DNA of 64,000 nt from Lama glama (lineage: Eukaryota). The first letter of the stretch is position 1. Each line of letters opens with the position of its first letter. The translations under genes were made by a program, and so were the position numbers. Of the stretch, positions 1 to 12,408 are shown piece after piece. The DNA lies in NCBI GenBank assembly GCA_028534125.1, contig CM052817.1:63738001-63802000 (forward strand). The letters run 5' to 3'. Below the pieces are notes generated by a model. The model ran no database searches. It saw nothing but the letters and a program-made list of their open reading frames with translations, and was not told where the DNA came from.

Positions 1-1394
1 TATAATTCAATCTACTTTAATGGCATTTAACAATTTTGAGCTCATTGGCTTTATTTTAGAGCCTGATGAAAGCTAAATACAAATTCAAACATACAATATT
101 TCACATTTAATTTCATGGACTTTTAAAAATTCTTAGATCACTGATTAAGAATCCTTCACAAAGTTACAAGTAAAAACTTTTTATAAGTTCAAAAATGATT
201 TAACTTTTAAATTGTGAATTGTTACTTTGTTTTTTAGTGGAATGGTATTTAGACTTTGAAATAACAGACAAACTAATGTGCAAGTCTTCAGGAAAGTGAA
301 TCTTTTATAGTTTACTAATTTTTCACATGGTCATTTTCTAGAATGCATTTGTATAAATTTTCTGTCATTCTGAATCACACCAAATGGGAACATAAATGTA
401 TCTATCTCACAGTCTATCAGGATTATAAACTGAGATAAAGTAGGTAAAGTCAGCATATTTAATACTCAGTACATGTCACCCATTATTATCCTCATCATTA
501 TTATATTAAGCTAAGAGCTCATGCTGGAAATAAAAACCCAGGCTTGAAAATGTGAAAATAGTATACAGGAGAAAGTAAAAGAAAATTAATAGAAATAAAC
601 AAGTTTTTAAAAGACAAATAATTAGAGGTATCAAAAAATGAATTTAAAATTTTGTATCTTAAATCATTAATTCAATCAACTAATGTAGCATAAAAATTTT
701 TAGTAAGATGGAACAGCGAACAATGGTGTCACAATTTTAAGTATTACATTTTATGAGATAAAAGGTAAACTTTTTTTGTATAGGACCTTTTTTTTTTACA
801 ACCAGAACTTTTTATAGCTAAATTTAAAATTCCAGGAAAAAATAAATATTGAAAAATTTAGAATGTCATTAGCTCTAATACTGGAAATAATCACCATTAA
901 AAACCCACAAGTCTTTGTCAATATTTCTGTATTATTAGCCCTTTTCTGGGAGCTATTCATTAAATCTGAGTAGTGTCAGTCTTCTTCCCTGTAGACCTGC
1001 TGATTCCTGGAATGTATCATTTGATGTTATTCCAAACAGCAGCCAAAAAAGACAAAACTAAAATGGTAAGAGAACCCTTGAAATATGGCAAACCCTTAAA
1101 GTTTGCCACTAATTCCATGGTTAATAGTCAAAACACCATGTTATTAGTTTAAATTGTTGATTACATAATGCATCCTCCATGTAAAATTTCCCGATGTTCT
1201 TACTAAAATAGCATATCATAAATTGAATAAACTTGTTTATATCTGTGAGTATACTTGATGTGACAGTAGGAAGTATACATACAGCTTAGTATATTCAGAT
1301 AGGAAAAGGGAAATAATAATTTTTATTATTAGGCATATAACTTACTAACCAGTACCATATAGCAGTCATTTTTGCAACTCTTCTTCATCCTTTA

Positions 1395-1700
1395 TTTTAT
1401 TTAATCGTCATAAAACCTTTAAAATGTCACTACAATTATTGTTCCCATTTCATAAACAAAAAACCTGCACTTAGAAGGCTTAAGTATTATTTAAAGTTAC
1501 TCAGCCAAGCAGTAGATAACCAGGATTTAAGCTTGAAGTCTGTCTGATTCTAAAGCTCATGCTTTTAACCACAAAGCACATTGCCTTCCACAAGGAGAAT
1601 GAAATTAATGACAATCTAACATGTGCCAGGCACTTTATATATTTTTTTAATTTTACAGATGAAGAAATTCACAAAGGTTAAGTTACTTATAAATGTTACA
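1395..1700 (-). mobile_element. MIR SINE fragments (two)
   Basis: Degenerate MIR core: cccatttcataaac...caggatttaagcttgaagtctgtctgattctaaagctcatgcttttaaccac and attttacagatgaagaaa...aggttaagttactt. Confidence 0.7.
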
Positions 1701-1721
1701 GTTCCAGAATTCTTTCTCTAC

Positions 1722-1846
1722 TTCCCTGTATTTCTCAGAAGTATGGCCAATGGACCACTCATATCAAAGTCATCAGATGCTATTTTAAAAGTTAGGTTCT
1801 TGAGCTGTAGTTAGAGGTATAGATTTGATATATCTTGGGCATGGCA
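1722..1846. mobile_element. MER5-type hAT-Charlie fragment
   Basis: tttctcagaagtatggccaatggaccactcatatcaaagtcatc resembles the MER5 terminus and body. Confidence 0.45.
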
Positions 1847-1847
1847 C

Positions 1848-2170
1848 TTTTTTTCAATTGAGGTATAGTTGACTTAAAATATTATATTAGTTTCAACTGT
1901 ACAACAGAGTGGTTTGACATTTTATAGATCATATTTCATATAAAGCTATTTTAAATATTGGCTATATTTCCTGTGGTATACAAGGATGAGTTATTTATTT
2001 TATAACTAGTAGATGTACCATTTAATCCCCCTCACCCATTTTGCTCCTCGCCTCTCCCCTGTGACAACTACCAGTGTATTCTCTGTATCTGTGAGTCTGT
2101 TTATGTTTTGTTACATTTGTTCATTTGTTTTATTTTTTAGATTCCACATATAAGTGAAAACATACAGCAT
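1848..2170 (-). mobile_element. LINE-1 3' end, 5'-truncated
   Basis: Poly(T) followed by attgaggtatagttgacttaaaatattatattagtttc...tagattccacatataagtgaaaacatacag, typical of a laurasiatherian L1 3' UTR in reverse. Confidence 0.85.
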
Positions 2171-2780
2171 CCCCCTGTGAGGTACTCTGGAGTTCTCAAG
2201 AGTGTGCATGTATGTGTTTCTGATGCGAAGCTTTTGTAGTTTTTCACTTCAGTTATCTCCTATGAGAGAATAAGATATTCACTGATTGGCAAAAAAAAAA
2301 AAAAAAAGTGAAATTTAGTCTCCAGAACATGCTCTGTTGACATGTGACCCTTTTATTGATTCCCATTCAGGACAGAGAAGAGATACTTAAACAATACTTC
2401 CTTCAGAAATGCCTTTTAAGTTTTCTGATGTTAAAGTGTCACTAAGTAATATTTACAGAAATGAAGTTAATAGGATATCCAAATACTCTTTGGCTTTGGT
2501 TTATGAAACTCAAAGACCTAGAGTTTTAGATATATTCCTGCTCTTCCATAAAAAAAAATCCACCCTCAAAATGTTGTTTACAAAATCAGAAAAGAAACAA
2601 AGCCACTTCAGGCATATATAATGGTTGGCACTTATTATGTATTTATTACAAGGCTGGGTATTATGCTAAACCTTATGAGTTATGTAAATTATTATCATTG
2701 GTTTATACATGAGAAACCTTAAGGATAGTAAGAATTAAAGCTTGGATTCAGCTTGGCTGAATTATGCCAGCTCCATTCCA

Positions 2781-2884
2781 TTACCACCACCACCATAAAC
2801 ACCACCTCCAACACCGCCACCACCAGTACTGTTACCACCACCGTTATCACTATCAATGCCACCATCACCATGACAATCAACATC
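2781..2884. repeat. Degenerate (ACC)n low-complexity repeat
   Basis: accaccaccaccataaacaccacctccaacaccgccaccacc...; this repeat generates the Thr-rich and Val-rich ORFs at 2719-2980. Confidence 0.85.
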
Positions 2885-3709
2885 CCTTTTTTTGCCTCAA
2901 CCTGTGCTTCTGAAGATGTCAGCTTCCACAGCACAACTGGAGTGGTGGTAGTTGTAAGGACAGGAAGAACGTGGAGTTAATATTCAAAATATACTCCCCC
3001 AAAGGATCTTCCATAGTAGAAACTAAAAATATATACTCCCCAGGCAATTCTTATACAAAGCAAAATGAAAAGACCATTATAATATGCAACAGTGCTTCAG
3101 TTTATATGGAAGTATTTCAATTATGAAAGTAAGAAACATTTTTAAGGCTAAACAAATATAAATGGATAAATGGTATAATATGTTAAGAATAGATGCAGTT
3201 GCTTACTTTTTGGTATTTTGTGGCATTTGAAACAGTATGGTCTAATGCAATTATCAAGCAAGTATATAGTAAGACTTCAGTGTAAAAAACAATTAGGTTT
3301 ATTAGGAATAAATGACTCTCTGAGCACTAATCTGTTTCCTTAATTTAGAACAAAGAAAGCAATACAGTATACATTAACTTTCAAAATTTTGTATCTGCAC
3401 CTGCAGTTAAGGTATGTTAATGAGAACCTTATTGGGTAAAATGGTATCACGTTTTGACATGGTACAGAAAAAAACTTGGAGGAATAGATTTTTTTGAAAC
3501 TTTCCATTCCTTACACTGATTTGCTTCATATAAGTACATACCAAACCAAGCATAACATGGGAATTCTGACACTATCATCCTTCACACAAGGACATTTCAA
3601 GTAAAGAAAATCTGGAAAATGATGACAGGTGTCTGCATTTCTCTAGTCTCTCATTACTCTCCACAGGTCCCCAGATTAGCCATTTGAAACTAATTCATTA
3701 ATTACTTAA

Positions 3710-3960
3710 TGAATTGTGCACATATGCTCAAAGATACAATGGCAAGATTGTTCTCTGTAGTTTTTTTTATGCCAAGGAGAAAAAAGCAAACATGACCTAT
3801 TTGTCCCTCACTAAAAGAATGGAAAACAGTGGATTATTCATACAACAGAATGTTATCGACAACTAAAATAAACAAAATCTACATGTTTTGACAAGGATGC
3901 ACCTCAAAAAAATTAAGTCAAAAGAACTAGCTGCAAAAGTTTCTACACAGTATGAGTCAA
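3710..3960 (+). mobile_element. Ancient L1 (L1ME-like) 3' fragment
   Basis: gcacatatgctcaaagatacaatggcaagattgttc...tattcatacaacagaatgttatcgacaactaaaata...ggatgcacctcaaaaaa. Confidence 0.55.
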
Positions 3961-3999
3961 GATTAATGTAAAAAATAAGAATAAGGAAAAGGGTGTTGG

Positions 4000-4560
4000 G
4001 AGGAAAAAGTGGGTAAGGCATTCAAGGCAGCAATCAAAGCCAAAGTAAAGGAAGAAACACACACAGATACGTGCCATATTCTAGGAGTAGGCAGCAGTCC
4101 AAGAAATTGTCAGGAAATGATGCTAGAAAGATAGACAGTGACCAGACTGTGAAACATTCTGATGGCTGTGCTAAGGAATTTAGACTTCACTATGTTGGAA
4201 ATGGAGAGACAGAAAAGTGATTTAATAAGAGGGTGAAATGAACAGATTGATGCCTCAGGAAGATAACAGTAACTATCAGATGGAAAGGTTGGTAACAGAA
4301 GTAGGAGCCTGTTGAAATAATCCAGGTAAAAGATAGTAAGAAGCTCTCTGAGTGTTGGCCGTATCCGCAGGTCTTTCAGGAGCAGATTTCAGTAGAGGAT
4401 GAGAAACATATACCCAATCCTCATAATAAAAGGGGATTGTGAAAAGCTATAAGCAGCAGGTAGAGAAAGGAGACATCATGGAAGACAGAAAGCATGACCA
4501 GAGAGGTGAAAGAAAACCAGGAGGAAGTCTTGTTTCAGAAACAAAAGGAAGAAAATGTAT
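4000..4560 (-). mobile_element. L2 LINE fragments
   Basis: Purine-rich L2 motifs: gctaaggaatttagacttcactatgttggaaatggagagac, ataatccaggtaaaagatagt. Confidence 0.65.
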
Positions 4561-4649
4561 ATTTGGCAAATAAAGAAGAGACTAGATAAATGTCTTTTAA
4601 GGATCTTCCCAGACATTTCGAAGGATATCTAAGTGGATTTTTAGTTAAG

Positions 4650-4870
4650 AAAATACTTCTCAAACTCCGACCTAACTAGTCAGCAAAACCTATATATCCT
4701 ATTGGACACTGGTTCATGAACTCCTAAAGGTCACCAGGATGCACAGGTTGCGGGCACATGTGTAGAGTACTGAAAGTTAGGTACAGCTCGGAAGGAGGTG
4801 ACTAATAATGCTTCTAATAAAGACATCATCTTGTAGAATCAGACATGGGAGTACAGTTTGAGAAACAGTA
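4650..4870. mobile_element. Possible hAT-Charlie MITE remnant
   Basis: Inverted ends ttctcaaact (~4657) and agtttgagaa (~4855) resemble MER5/MER20-type terminal inverted repeats. Confidence 0.4.
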
Positions 4871-6528
4871 AGGAGATCAGAAATATACTGATAAAATGTA
4901 GTTTTGACTTGAATCATCACTGATGCTCTATTTAATTCTCATTGTAATTTTTCCTTTGGAAGCTTGTCATTATAATGCTAATGGGTCATACATATTAAAA
5001 GAGTTATAGTAAAGCAACTCTACATGTGCAGTAATATACAAAAATTCAATTTATTCCCAACATGTGGAGGGCTTCTCATTATAGATAATTGCTATGAAAA
5101 GTACATTTTTTATTACCAGTATATTACTAAAAACTTAAAGGGGAAGATATCCTTTATAACAATTTTTAAAAACTCTATCCAAGAAAAACAAACTTCATTA
5201 AATTGTTGATAACATTTTTAATGAGTAATAAAGTCCTAATCTGAAGAATTCACTTTTTAAAAATTTAACTTGTTTTTATTACAATGTTACGTTTCACCTC
5301 TACACTGTAGGTTTCCTACAGTGATTTTTCTAAAACAATTCTCAGATGGACAATATTAATTAATTAATAAGTAATTATAAAATAAGCCTAAATATAGAAT
5401 TAAAATAAAATATATTTTCTAGCAGTTCCTGAAAGATTCAATCATTTTCAAACAATTGTTAAGAAAGAATTAGTGTTTAGTCATGGTTTGCACATTCAGC
5501 TGTTTTGCTCAAATATTTAAACAGTTCATTCAGATGATCTATATAATGTAGTATTTCTTGAAACAGAACTTTGAAACTCTTTATCTAAACAGTGCAACTA
5601 GAGAAAGCATGTCAGTGAAACAATGAGCTTTAGACGACAAAGTATTCTTCTGTGGCAGATTGAGAGCTCACAGTATGCTTCTCTCTCACTCTGATAAATT
5701 TATTCTTGAACTTGCTTATTATTACATAAGAAACCACTGCTGGGAATTGCAGTTAACACAGCAATGAAACTTTAATATCATCTTCCCTTGTTACAAGTGG
5801 TGTGATTTTCTGTCATTACCAAGATAGCTTAGATTGAGATATGAAGGCAGATGGTCTGACATATTAGATAACCATATACTATTTAAAGGACACAGGAGTA
5901 GTTTCAAAGGAGGAGAAGGAAGCCTCACAACAGGTCCCATGTCGTGTCATCAATTACAGAACCTGTCATGCTAATGACTAAGGAAATGCAGGGAGCAGTG
6001 ACAATGAGAACATTCATCTTGTTCTTCTCTGGAAAAGGTGCACCTGTATCCCACTGCACTCTGTCTTCTGCTACCTCCCGCCTCCCTGACTTTTGTTCTC
6101 CATGACAGTGAATGTGATCCTGAGAATGCGACCTATCTATCATCCTTTCTTCCTGAAAGGCACCTTGACTGCAGTTAATGACTGTAATAAGACCCAACAA
6201 TAGATACCACACCCCAAGCTCTTATATTCAGCTTCTCTGAAAATGGGCTTGAGACAAAAGAAGATCAAAGGCAAGTAAGTGTTTTATACAATCTCACTTA
6301 ACTTGCTCCTCTAGTTCACACCATAATCAGATAGGAAATGTAGCTGAAAAGTAATGGGACTGATTCTACACTTACAAACTTAGGTACACAAGCATCGTAC
6401 TTATTTATCAATAACACTGTTCATTTTGAACTATATGTTACCAGTGCATCCCAACGTTAAAGCACAAATGTTTTTAAACAACAAAAAATGTGAGAGAGTC
6501 TTTTTATAACATTATAAAAGAAAACTTC

Positions 6529-6764
6529 GGGCGGGAAGGGACAGACTGGGATTTCAAAATGTAGAACAGATAAACAGGATTATATTGCATAATAGCACAG
6601 GGAAATATATACAAGATCTTACAGTAGCTCACAGAGAAAGAAATGTGACAATGAATATATATATGTTCATGTATAACTGAAAAATTGTGCTCTACACTGG
6701 AGTTTGACACAACATTGTAAAATGACTATGCTCAATAAAAAAATTTAAAAAAAGAAAAGAAAAG
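6529..6764 (+). mobile_element. Young 5'-truncated LINE-1 3' end (camelid-type by recall) with TSD
   Basis: gggcgggaagggacagactggg...gtagctcacagagaaagaaatgtgacaatg...tttgacacaacattgtaaaatgactat, then AATAAA and an A-rich tail. TSD AAAAGAAAACTTC (6516-6528) / AAAGGAAAACCTC (6765-6777). Confidence 0.88.
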
Positions 6765-6849
6765 AAAGGAAAACCTCTACCTAGCAGCTATTGCCACCAC
6801 CACCACTACTATTATCACCACCACTACTTCTGCTGCTGCTGCTGCTGTA

Positions 6850-6975
6850 GCTACCTGCCAGGCGCTGTAAGGCACTTAATTATTTTAATTACCACAAAAA
6901 AATTTATGCAGTAGACTGTTACTTCTATTTTACAGAGTAAGAAACTGAGTCTCAAAGGAGTTCAATTACTTGCAA
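6850..6975 (-). mobile_element. MIR SINE preceded by (CCA)n/(CTG)n simple repeats
   Basis: tgccaggcgctgtaaggcactt...ctattttacagagtaagaaactgagtctcaaagg. Confidence 0.65.
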
Positions 6976-9407
6976 ACTAGCAATTCTCAAGTTTCCACTC
7001 TACATCAGCTTTAGGACTGCTAGAGGATAGAAAAATTAAGGTAACTTGTTTCTAACAAGCAAGAACCTTGCAATATAGTAAGAGGAATAAGCAATATAAA
7101 ATAGTCTACACATAGCTATGACATAAGGTAATATTTGAATGAAAGTTTGAAGAGGGGTATAAGATATACAGAGCCAAAGGAAAGGAATTTTAGGGGTGGA
7201 TCTCTGGAGAACATAACTGAGTTTATCAGAAGGTCAGTATGCATTTGAACCGTGTGGAGCAAGGAGAGTTATCTTCTCTAGTCACTGGAAAGCACAGTGA
7301 TAACAGTATGTGTAAGACACTAAAAGACTGTAAAATTCATATTAAAATCCATTGGTGGGAGTGGGGGAGGTATCTTATTACTGGATTCTGTGTGCTGGTG
7401 TTTAAATCCAGGAAATCAATGCCTTTTTGAACTTCCTTAGTTACCTCTCTATTTGCAGCAGTTTCTGAACCTGAACCTGAGCAAAAATCTCTACTGTGTG
7501 CAATGCATCTTAACGTCTAAAGAAAAAAAAAAACTCAAACAGGTGATGTTTTCCAGAAATGAGTGAATTAGAGTCATTAGGTTTATTGTAAGCAAGACTG
7601 TAGGGGAAAAAAACCCTGATGCATTCTATCTAAAAAGCAAACTTATAGGAAAGTTATAGGAAAAGATGTAAGTGACCTCACCATTGATATAAGTGTGGTA
7701 GATAAAATCAGCTTCCAGTGAACAACTGAATTTACAATTTTAAATGAAAAGGCAGGAATTTCACACAAACATTTTAACATGTAGTCTTCTATAATGAACA
7801 CGATAATTTCACAATCACAAGTCAACAGCCCTTGGGAATTTAAAAATAATTGATTCAATATTACTAGAAAGATCCTTTGGCCTTAATAGCCAATAGACTT
7901 AAAGAAAAATTCAAATTTATGATAACTAGATAAAAAATAAACATGTATTTAACTTAAAATGTTTTGGTAACTGATATAAAATTATTTACGAATCTTTTCT
8001 TTGTCTAAACAGATAAAATAACTTGCTCAGGGCTTGTCTTAAAGCACATAAGAGTCTCCCATTCGTTCAGGAGTCTTCATTAAACTGTCAACTGAGGCTT
8101 GTAGCCTCTGGGTTAGTTACATTTTCTACCAGGATTAAATTAAAGAATATGAAGCTTTATATTGTTTTCCTTTCCACATTGGTAGGGTCCCATAACTAAA
8201 TATGAAAAGAATTAAAGTGCAGAAACATACTTGATTTTTCTATCACATCTTATCTTTTGACTGTAGTGTATAAAGCATTTCTGGCATTTTGTAATACATA
8301 TATCACACATATTTTAAGCATATATTTTTGTAATTATTTTATACCATCTGAATGAAATTGCTCATTTTGTGTTTTAGATTTAAATTTACTTGAAAAGTTT
8401 TTTTATTTCATCATAAATTAAGAATGTCAAATAGTTTACCATAAATGCACTCAAAATGTCCATCAGGATCTAACACTGGCCCCAAGGATTTAGCACAATT
8501 TATGCAAACTGCAAGATATTCTGATCAAATCCTTCTAGTCTAGTCTATAATAGATATTTCTCTCTAAAGTGTCTATCAGTTGACTTAGCCACACACCAGT
8601 GATCTCCCCCTTCTCTTACCTTCTCTAATACTTACTATTCATACCATTTTTTTATGTTAACTAGTCTTTGCTAAGATAAGTCCTGTCCCTCTAATTAGAC
8701 TGAAGTTCTTTGACGACAAGGGTACTTTACTTTTTCACATCCCCAGTTTTAGAGAGTGATAGGTCACTCACATAAAAGAGATTTGTAATTTTTTTAAAGA
8801 ATTGATGATAATGAAAAAAGAGAAGAGAAGGGAAGGGGCAGAAGCAGGTATTTAGGAAACATACTACTATAGGGATATTGAAAATTCGAAGTGTAATTCA
8901 CAACATTTAGAACATGGGAAAGTAAGACTCTAGTTGCTTATTTGGGAAAGCTGATATAGTATAGCAGCAAATTGGTCAAAACAGGTCAAAATGCTAAAGC
9001 AATAGTCATATTTTAGTTGGGTATATTTATTTTACTTATAATTTTCTAGACCCCAAACTGAGTTTTTCACACTTAAAACAGAATGGTATAATGAAAAGGA
9101 TAGTACCAAATCCTCTGCAATCAATCCGTTAATCATGTCCAGAGTTGCAGAATGAGGGAACACTCAACTCTCCCTAACTTTAAACGGTCAATTCTGTCCT
9201 TTTTACAATCTGCCTTAACACTGCAAAGCACTGCATTGCTACTGATGACATTACTGCTAGTTTTCAAAGAGATTAACCAAAAAAGGCATTTATTCATTCT
9301 CACATTTGAAACATTTATATTTCTAAAAATTTTGCTCTGAATTTTGAAATTCAAAGGTTACATAACACAAAATTCTTGATATGTTAATGATGGTAATACA
9401 TATAGTA

Positions 9408-9590
9408 GAAACAGTGCAACAGAAAGCATTAAATTAGAGAATATTTTGTTTTACCCTCAGCACTGCCACTAACGAACCATTATGACCTAAGGTAAAGTCA
9501 CTCAACCTCTTCTGACCTCAAATGTCACATACTGAGAGCATTAAGTCTATAGTCCCAAGGTGTCTATAAAATCTAAGTTTCTATGATCTT
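9408..9590 (+). mobile_element. MIR/MIR3 SINE
   Basis: cagcactgccactaac...tgacctaaggtaaagtcactcaacctcttctgacctc...tctaagtttctatgatc. Confidence 0.65.
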
Positions 9591-9959
9591 ATGAATTAAT
9601 TTTATCTACAAACCTGGGAGCAACTTGGTAAAAATTCAAGGCCCACCTCCTTTATGAAAGCTCTGGGGCTCCACTGAGCTGATTCAGTCAATGAAAGGTT
9701 AAAAAAGAAAAGAAAAGAAAACCACCTCTGTAATAATCCCCATCATTAAGAAAGGCAGGCCTCTCTGGACTCTGGAGCAACATAGTCCACATTTCCACAC
9801 GTGAATGTGCTGCCCAGCACTGCTCATGGAGTGGTATCTACCTGAGTGCCCCCAAAATAAAGGAAGGCTCTCCAGCTGAAGCCATGGCAGGAAATTTCCT
9901 CTTTGTTGTTTTGTTTTTCTCTGTGTGTTGGTGTGTTTGTTTATGTTTGTGTATGTTTT

Positions 9960-10468
9960 ACATATAAAGCCAGTTTCCTCCTAAGCACTTCTTCTGGGGT
10001 GCCTCCTTTGCACTAGACAGACTGCAAACTTAAAGACAACATTTATCGGACTTCTTTACAGTTGCGGTTCTGGATATAAAGTGGGTCCCAAGAATTAATT
10101 GCACGTATGTGGGATGACAGAAATACTGAAGGGGAGGCTATTATCTTTGGCAGACATAGTTGATATATGGGTTTTTCAGCTGCAATATTCCAAAGTCCCC
10201 TCTATAGCTTTATGCTTGTCAAGTGGCAGTGTGGCTCACCCACCACTATTCTAGATTCTAGTCACTAGTTTTATGCATGTGAAAAGTGTGGCAAAGCCTC
10301 GGCTCCCCTGCTAGATTGTACCATGGTGTTCTGCAAGTTACTTCTAGATTCCCAGCCTAGCGTTCCCTCCACCAACTTTTCCAACAATGTTATAAGCACC
10401 TTATTTGCTGTATTATTTTTTTCCATAATATATTGATTTTCTTTTTACATATGAACCTGGTATGATAC
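9960..10468 (+). mobile_element. ERVL solo LTR (LTR33-like)
   Basis: agccagtttcc...gcactagacagactgcaaacttaaagacaacatttatcggacttctttacagttgcggttctggat..., ending gaacctggtatgataca. Confidence 0.6.
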
Positions 10469-10554
10469 ACAAATAGTTTAATGGTAATGATAATAAAATA
10501 TAAGGAGCAGAGGAGGGAAAGAACATAGGAGGGAGGGAGAAAAGGAACAGGAGA

Positions 10555-10735
10555 TAGAATGCACTAGATTAAAAGACAGTAAAACCTTAGTCCTGGTGTT
10601 AGCACTGCCACTAACTCAGTAATGTGACCTTGCCAAGTCACTTGAACTTTCCAGACCATAGTACCTCAGTGTAAAATGATGGCCCTGGAGGATGAATTCT
10701 CAAAGATTTTCACAAATTTTTAAAGGCTATGTATG
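10555..10735 (+). mobile_element. MIR/MIR3 SINE
   Basis: gcactgccactaactcagtaatgtgaccttgccaagtcacttgaactttcc...cagtgtaaaatg. Confidence 0.75.
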
Positions 10736-11451
10736 CCTTGCTAAATTAATTACAGTTAAATCATTAGCTGTACTGCAACAAGATTCTTAAATTCTAAGGG
10801 AAATGACTTGTTTCCCTTACAACAAGAACAGACAAAAACCTGCTTTTCTAAATTTTCTGATGATTTCTCTCATATCTGAGTAGTTTCATCAGAAGGCAAG
10901 AACAGGCAGTGCTACTTTGAATAAAGAGAATGACTCATGTGAACAACTTCCTGAATTAGAAAGCTACTTCATTTTCAATCCTTAACAGATTTAGATTAGT
11001 AGTTTTCTATGCTTTTTCCAAAATTAAAAGTATGAGGTAAATTTTTTTTTCTTGAAAGTCAATTACTAAAGCATTTTAGTCAATATGAATATTGTCTTAA
11101 AACAACACTCCTAATGGATAGTCAGGTACTCTCAGTTCATAAACCATAAAATGCTCTCTGCAACTGAAGATTGTTACCTACCTAGAAAAAATGCTTTAAA
11201 GGAATTCTAAAATGGTTTGATGTATTACAAGGTTGAGTAGTATGACATGGCATTTACTGTTTTTTTAGTAACTCTACCATTTTCTTAGCAGATGATGCAG
11301 AACCAGTTACAGCTATTATCACAACTGGATCATGAAAAAACAAATGATGACTAAGTTGTAATAGCCTGACCAATTTTCTATAGTTTACAAAGTCAGATTT
11401 AATGTTGTTTTTAACACTTTTGAGGGCATATCTTTATTCTTCAAAAGACAG

Positions 11452-12408
11452 TGTGGCAGAGACTGCTAATTGGTTTTAAAATCCCAATTTTTAGCTGGGC
11501 CCCTTATAGCTGAAGGGAACCATGTATCTATTAAGAACTGGCTACGAACAAGTAAAAGGAATTGTTGTCCAATTACAAAAGTAATTTGGGAGGGCAAATT
11601 TGGGTAGTATTTCCTTCAGAAGAAGAGGGGATACCCTTCCTTCCTACCCCCACACATGGAACTGGATGTGATGTCTGGAATAGCACTCATGAACTAGGAA
11701 GGTAAAGACTACATGGCCAGGATCACTAAGTGGCTGAAGCCCCTGTTCCTGGTGACTTCATGGAGCCTCTATATGAGCCCTAGACTGCCTGTCTCTTTTG
11801 CATGAGAGAGAGACATCTATAGTTACTTTGAGTTTTCTTTATGTGCATCTGAGCCTACCCATTTTATTTTATTTTATTTTATTTTATTTTATTTTATTGA
11901 AGTATAGTTGATTTACAACATTGTGTTAGTTTCTGGTGTACATCAAAGTGGTTCATTTATATATGTAGATATATACATATTTTTCATATTCTTTTTCATT
12001 ATAGGCTATAACAAGGTATTGAATTTAGTTCCCTGTGCTATACAGTAGGACCCTGATGTTGTTTACTTCTTCTGTATATAGTAGTTTATATCTGCTAATC
12101 CCCGCTTCCCCCTTTGGTAACCATAAATTTGTTTTCTATGTCTGAGTCGTTTCTGTGTTGTAAATAAGTTAATTTGTGTCATTTTTTTCAGATTCCACAT
12201 ATAAGTAATATCATATGGTATTTGTCTTTCTCTGTCTGATTTACTTCACTTAGTATGATAATCTCTAGGCCCATTCATTTTGCTGCAAATGGCAATATTT
12301 CATTCTTTTTTATGACTGCCTGTCTCTCTTACATGAGAGAGAAAGAAATTTCTATAGTTACTTTAAGTTTTCTTTTATATGCATCTAAGCCTACTCTTAA
12401 TCAACACA
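11452..12408 (+). mobile_element. MaLR solo LTR (MLT1J-like), interrupted by an L1
   Basis: Starts tgtggcagagactgctaattgg and ends ...aatcaacaca. 5-bp TSD GACAG (11447-11451) / GACAT (12409-12413). Confidence 0.7.
11861..12313 (-). mobile_element. LINE-1 3' end (artiodactyl-type), 5'-truncated, (ATTTT)n tail
   Basis: (ATTTT)n then attgaagtatagttgatttacaacattgtgttagtttctggtgtac...gcaaatggcaatatttcattcttttttatg. Confidence 0.9.

Noticed and set aside
2719..2980. Thr-rich (+) and Val-rich (-) ORFs resembling mucin or transmembrane peptides
   Set aside because: Both are translations of a degenerate (ACC)n repeat, with no splice or homology support.
9133..9354. Overlapping ORFs on both strands as a possible terminal STPG2 exon
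   Set aside because: No PG repeat, no similarity to STPG2 C-termini as I recall them, and no convincing acceptor.
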